Shown here: positions 53,032-54,762 of the stretch, one piece after another
Layout of the letters: each line of letters starts with the position of its first letter
How positions within the stretch are numbered: position 1 is the stretch's first letter
NCBI GenBank assembly: GCA_050261575.1
Contig: JBLNDL010000063.1
Location: 1-54,762 of the forward strand
Direction of reading: 5' to 3'
DNA length: 54,762 nucleotides
Source of the DNA: Sphingomonadaceae bacterium
Lineage (GTDB): Bacteria > Chloroflexota > UBA6077
Made by a program: the position numbers and the translations under genes
Notes under the pieces: generated by a model
What the model was told of the DNA's origin: nothing
The model's database searches: none
Seen by the model: the letters and a program-made list of their open reading frames with translations, nothing else

Positions 53032-54150
53032 ATGGCGGGCTGGATGACCCTTCGAGCGAGCCGTCGGAGGATCGTCGCGATGGCGGCTGGGATCGCACTG
53101 TACGCTGGCATATCCTGGCTGACCAACATCTTCCCCATGTCGGCCGCACGCAACGTGGACATCCGCCCCGGCGTGGTCGTTCCCATCTTCTTCGGCCTAG
53201 TCTGCGGCCCGGGCGTGGGCTTCTTCACCGGCTTCTTCGGAAACCTGCTGGGCGACCTGTGGTCCGGAAACATCGCCTACCCCCCCGCCGATCCCACGGG
53301 CAGCCTCGCCATGGACCTGATCCAGGGCTGCTACCTCAACTGGCAGGTGGGCAACGGGCTGATGGGGCTTATCCCGGGTTTGGCTCGACTGATCGGCAAA
53401 CGATACTCCACCCTGGGCGATCACTTTCGCGCTCTGGTCTTCGCCTTTCTGGGTGTGGTCGGCGGCATGGGCTTCGCCTCCCTTCTGGATATCCCCCTCA
53501 TAGGCATGGACTTGGTCTCTGCCCTCGACCAGTCCTTCATCCCGGCCGCCCGGATCAACCTGATCAACGCGGTGGTGCTGCTACCCATCCTTCTCTTTAA
53601 CTATGACCGATTCGACCTGAAGTCAGCCGACTGGCTGAGCTCCGGCCTGATGCGCCGCATGCTGCTGGCGATCCTGGTGTCCGCGGCCCTCCCGGTGGCC
53701 CTCCTGGGGCTGTTCCTAACGCAGGAGGTATCAGGAGGGAGGAGCGATCCCACGGAGCTGAACGTCAAACTGGCCTTCACGGTCGCCATCACCCTGTTGT
53801 TCACCATCGCCAACGCGGGGTTGCTGGCCCAGAGCATCTCCCGGCCCCTGCTCAGGCTCACCAGGGCGGCGCAGCTCATGGAGCAGGACAGGCTCACCAG
53901 GGATGAGGCCCGGGAGCTCGAGGAGGCGGAGGCGTCAGACGAGGTCGCCCGGCTGAGCCAAGTCTTCGGGCGCATGGCGCGGGAGGTCATCGTCCGCGAG
54001 GAGAGACTGAGGCAGCAGGTGCAGCAACTCCGGATCGAGATCGACGAGGGCAAGAAGGCCCGCCAGGTGGCCGAGATAACGGAGACCGACTACTTCCAGA
54101 CGCTGAAAAAGAAGGCTAAGGAGATGAGGGAGAGGACGCAAGGTGAATAG
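53032..54150 (+). CDS. ECF S-component-like membrane domain plus HAMP plus C-terminal IEIDE motif protein
   Basis: IRPG...GPGVGFFTGFFGN, W.VGNGLMGLIPG, HAMP (ISRPL...DEVARL..VFGRM), LRIEIDE...EITETDYFQ. Confidence 0.85.
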   Translation: MAGWMTLRASRRRIVAMAAGIALYAGISWLTNIFPMSAARNVDIRPGVVVPIFFGLVCGPGVGFFTGFFGNLLGDLWSGNIAYPPADPTGSLAMDLIQGCYLNWQVGNGLMGLIPGLARLIGKRYSTLGDHFRALVFAFLGVVGGMGFASLLDIPLIGMDLVSALDQSFIPAARINLINAVVLLPILLFNYDRFDLKSADWLSSGLMRRMLLAILVSAALPVALLGLFLTQEVSGGRSDPTELNVKLAFTVAITLLFTIANAGLLAQSISRPLLRLTRAAQLMEQDRLTRDEARELEEAEASDEVARLSQVFGRMAREVIVREERLRQQVQQLRIEIDEGKKARQVAEITETDYFQTLKKKAKEMRERTQGE

Positions 54151-54232
54151 CTGGAGCCTGACCCACTGACACGCTCGCTGACACGCCAGGACTCCACACT
54201 CCAGGCAAAACTTCGAACGAGGGAAAAGAAAC

Positions 54233-54489
54233 ATGAAAACCTGCTCGACGCGGCGGACACGACTGTTGGTAGGCGTTGGCAGCCTGGCTGCGGTGATGGT
54301 GGCGGTGCTCATGACTCTTGCCCTCGGCGGGATGCCTAGCGGAGGAAGCCTCATGGGCGAGGCTACCGTCTCAGGTAACCGCATTCTCCTGCACAGTGGC
54401 CGCTGGGGACTGGCTACTGGTGTGATTACGTTGAAGAACAATACATCGCAGGATATCTACCTCTTTTCGCTGACGAAGGAGGGAAGTAT
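54233..54489 (+). pseudogene. secreted/membrane protein gene truncated by IS insertion
   Basis: Signal/TM segment; the frame runs into the IS terminal repeat at 54490 and stops at 54538. Confidence 0.55.
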
Positions 54490-54762
54490 GAGTCCGGTCA
54501 AGTGGTGCAAAAGGCCCGCGCAGTCTTCATCGTCGTAGCCGTAGTCGGGCCTGTGGGAATGTGGGGGGGTCGGAGCGCAGCGGAGAGCCGTCCACATTTC
54601 CACAGGCGGTCCTCTCAGCTCGCCATCAGCAGCGCCGGCATCGGCTCCGGCCTCGCCTCCTCATACAGCTTGGCCAAGGACTCGGCGCTCAGATACCGTC
54701 GGCTCACCTGCCATTCGTCGTGCTGCTCGGCCAGCACTGCCCCCACCAGCCGGATGACGCTG
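54490..54762 (-). mobile_element. IS256 family element, right end; transposase C-terminus 54615 to beyond 54762
   Basis: Minus strand [25 protein letters not shown]...MAS*; TIR-like GAGTCCGGTCAAGTGGTGCAAA. Confidence 0.88.

Overview
High-GC bacterial DNA, probably Chloroflexota, judged from protein motifs and 16S signatures. The left arm holds a histidine/urocanate catabolic cluster (IclR, hutU, liv-type ABC transporter, hutI, ftcd) and an iolB/RraA/tctCBA sugar-acid cluster. The right arm holds housekeeping genes (yvlD, yvcK, secG, oppA-like, comEA, CoA-transferase), a decaying PrsW/BTAD signalling locus and an IS256 end. The centre (about 16.9-38.1 kb) is the notable part. It carries a full-length 16S-23S rRNA operon with no 5S and no ITS tRNA. 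Its helices and processing stems are kept by many compensatory changes, yet normally invariant mRNA/tRNA-contacting residues are replaced: 16S A1492/A1493, C1400, G926, G966, C1054 and the anti-Shine-Dalgarno; 23S P-loop G2251-G2253 to UUU, A1913, U2585, A2602, a shortened A-loop and a truncated A-site finger. The sarcin-ricin loop is intact. The operon is preceded by tandem sigma54-type (-24/-12) promoters, and the same motif precedes neighbouring stress/dormancy transcription units (BON proteins, BCAM0308, HPF-like, a small bS21-like protein, Hsp20, a PDH cluster, ABM, GH94). An RRM gene sits where 5S would be. I propose a sigma54-controlled alternative ribosome-like particle system. All rRNA numbering is E. 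coli numbering from by-eye alignment to remembered consensus and needs computational confirmation.
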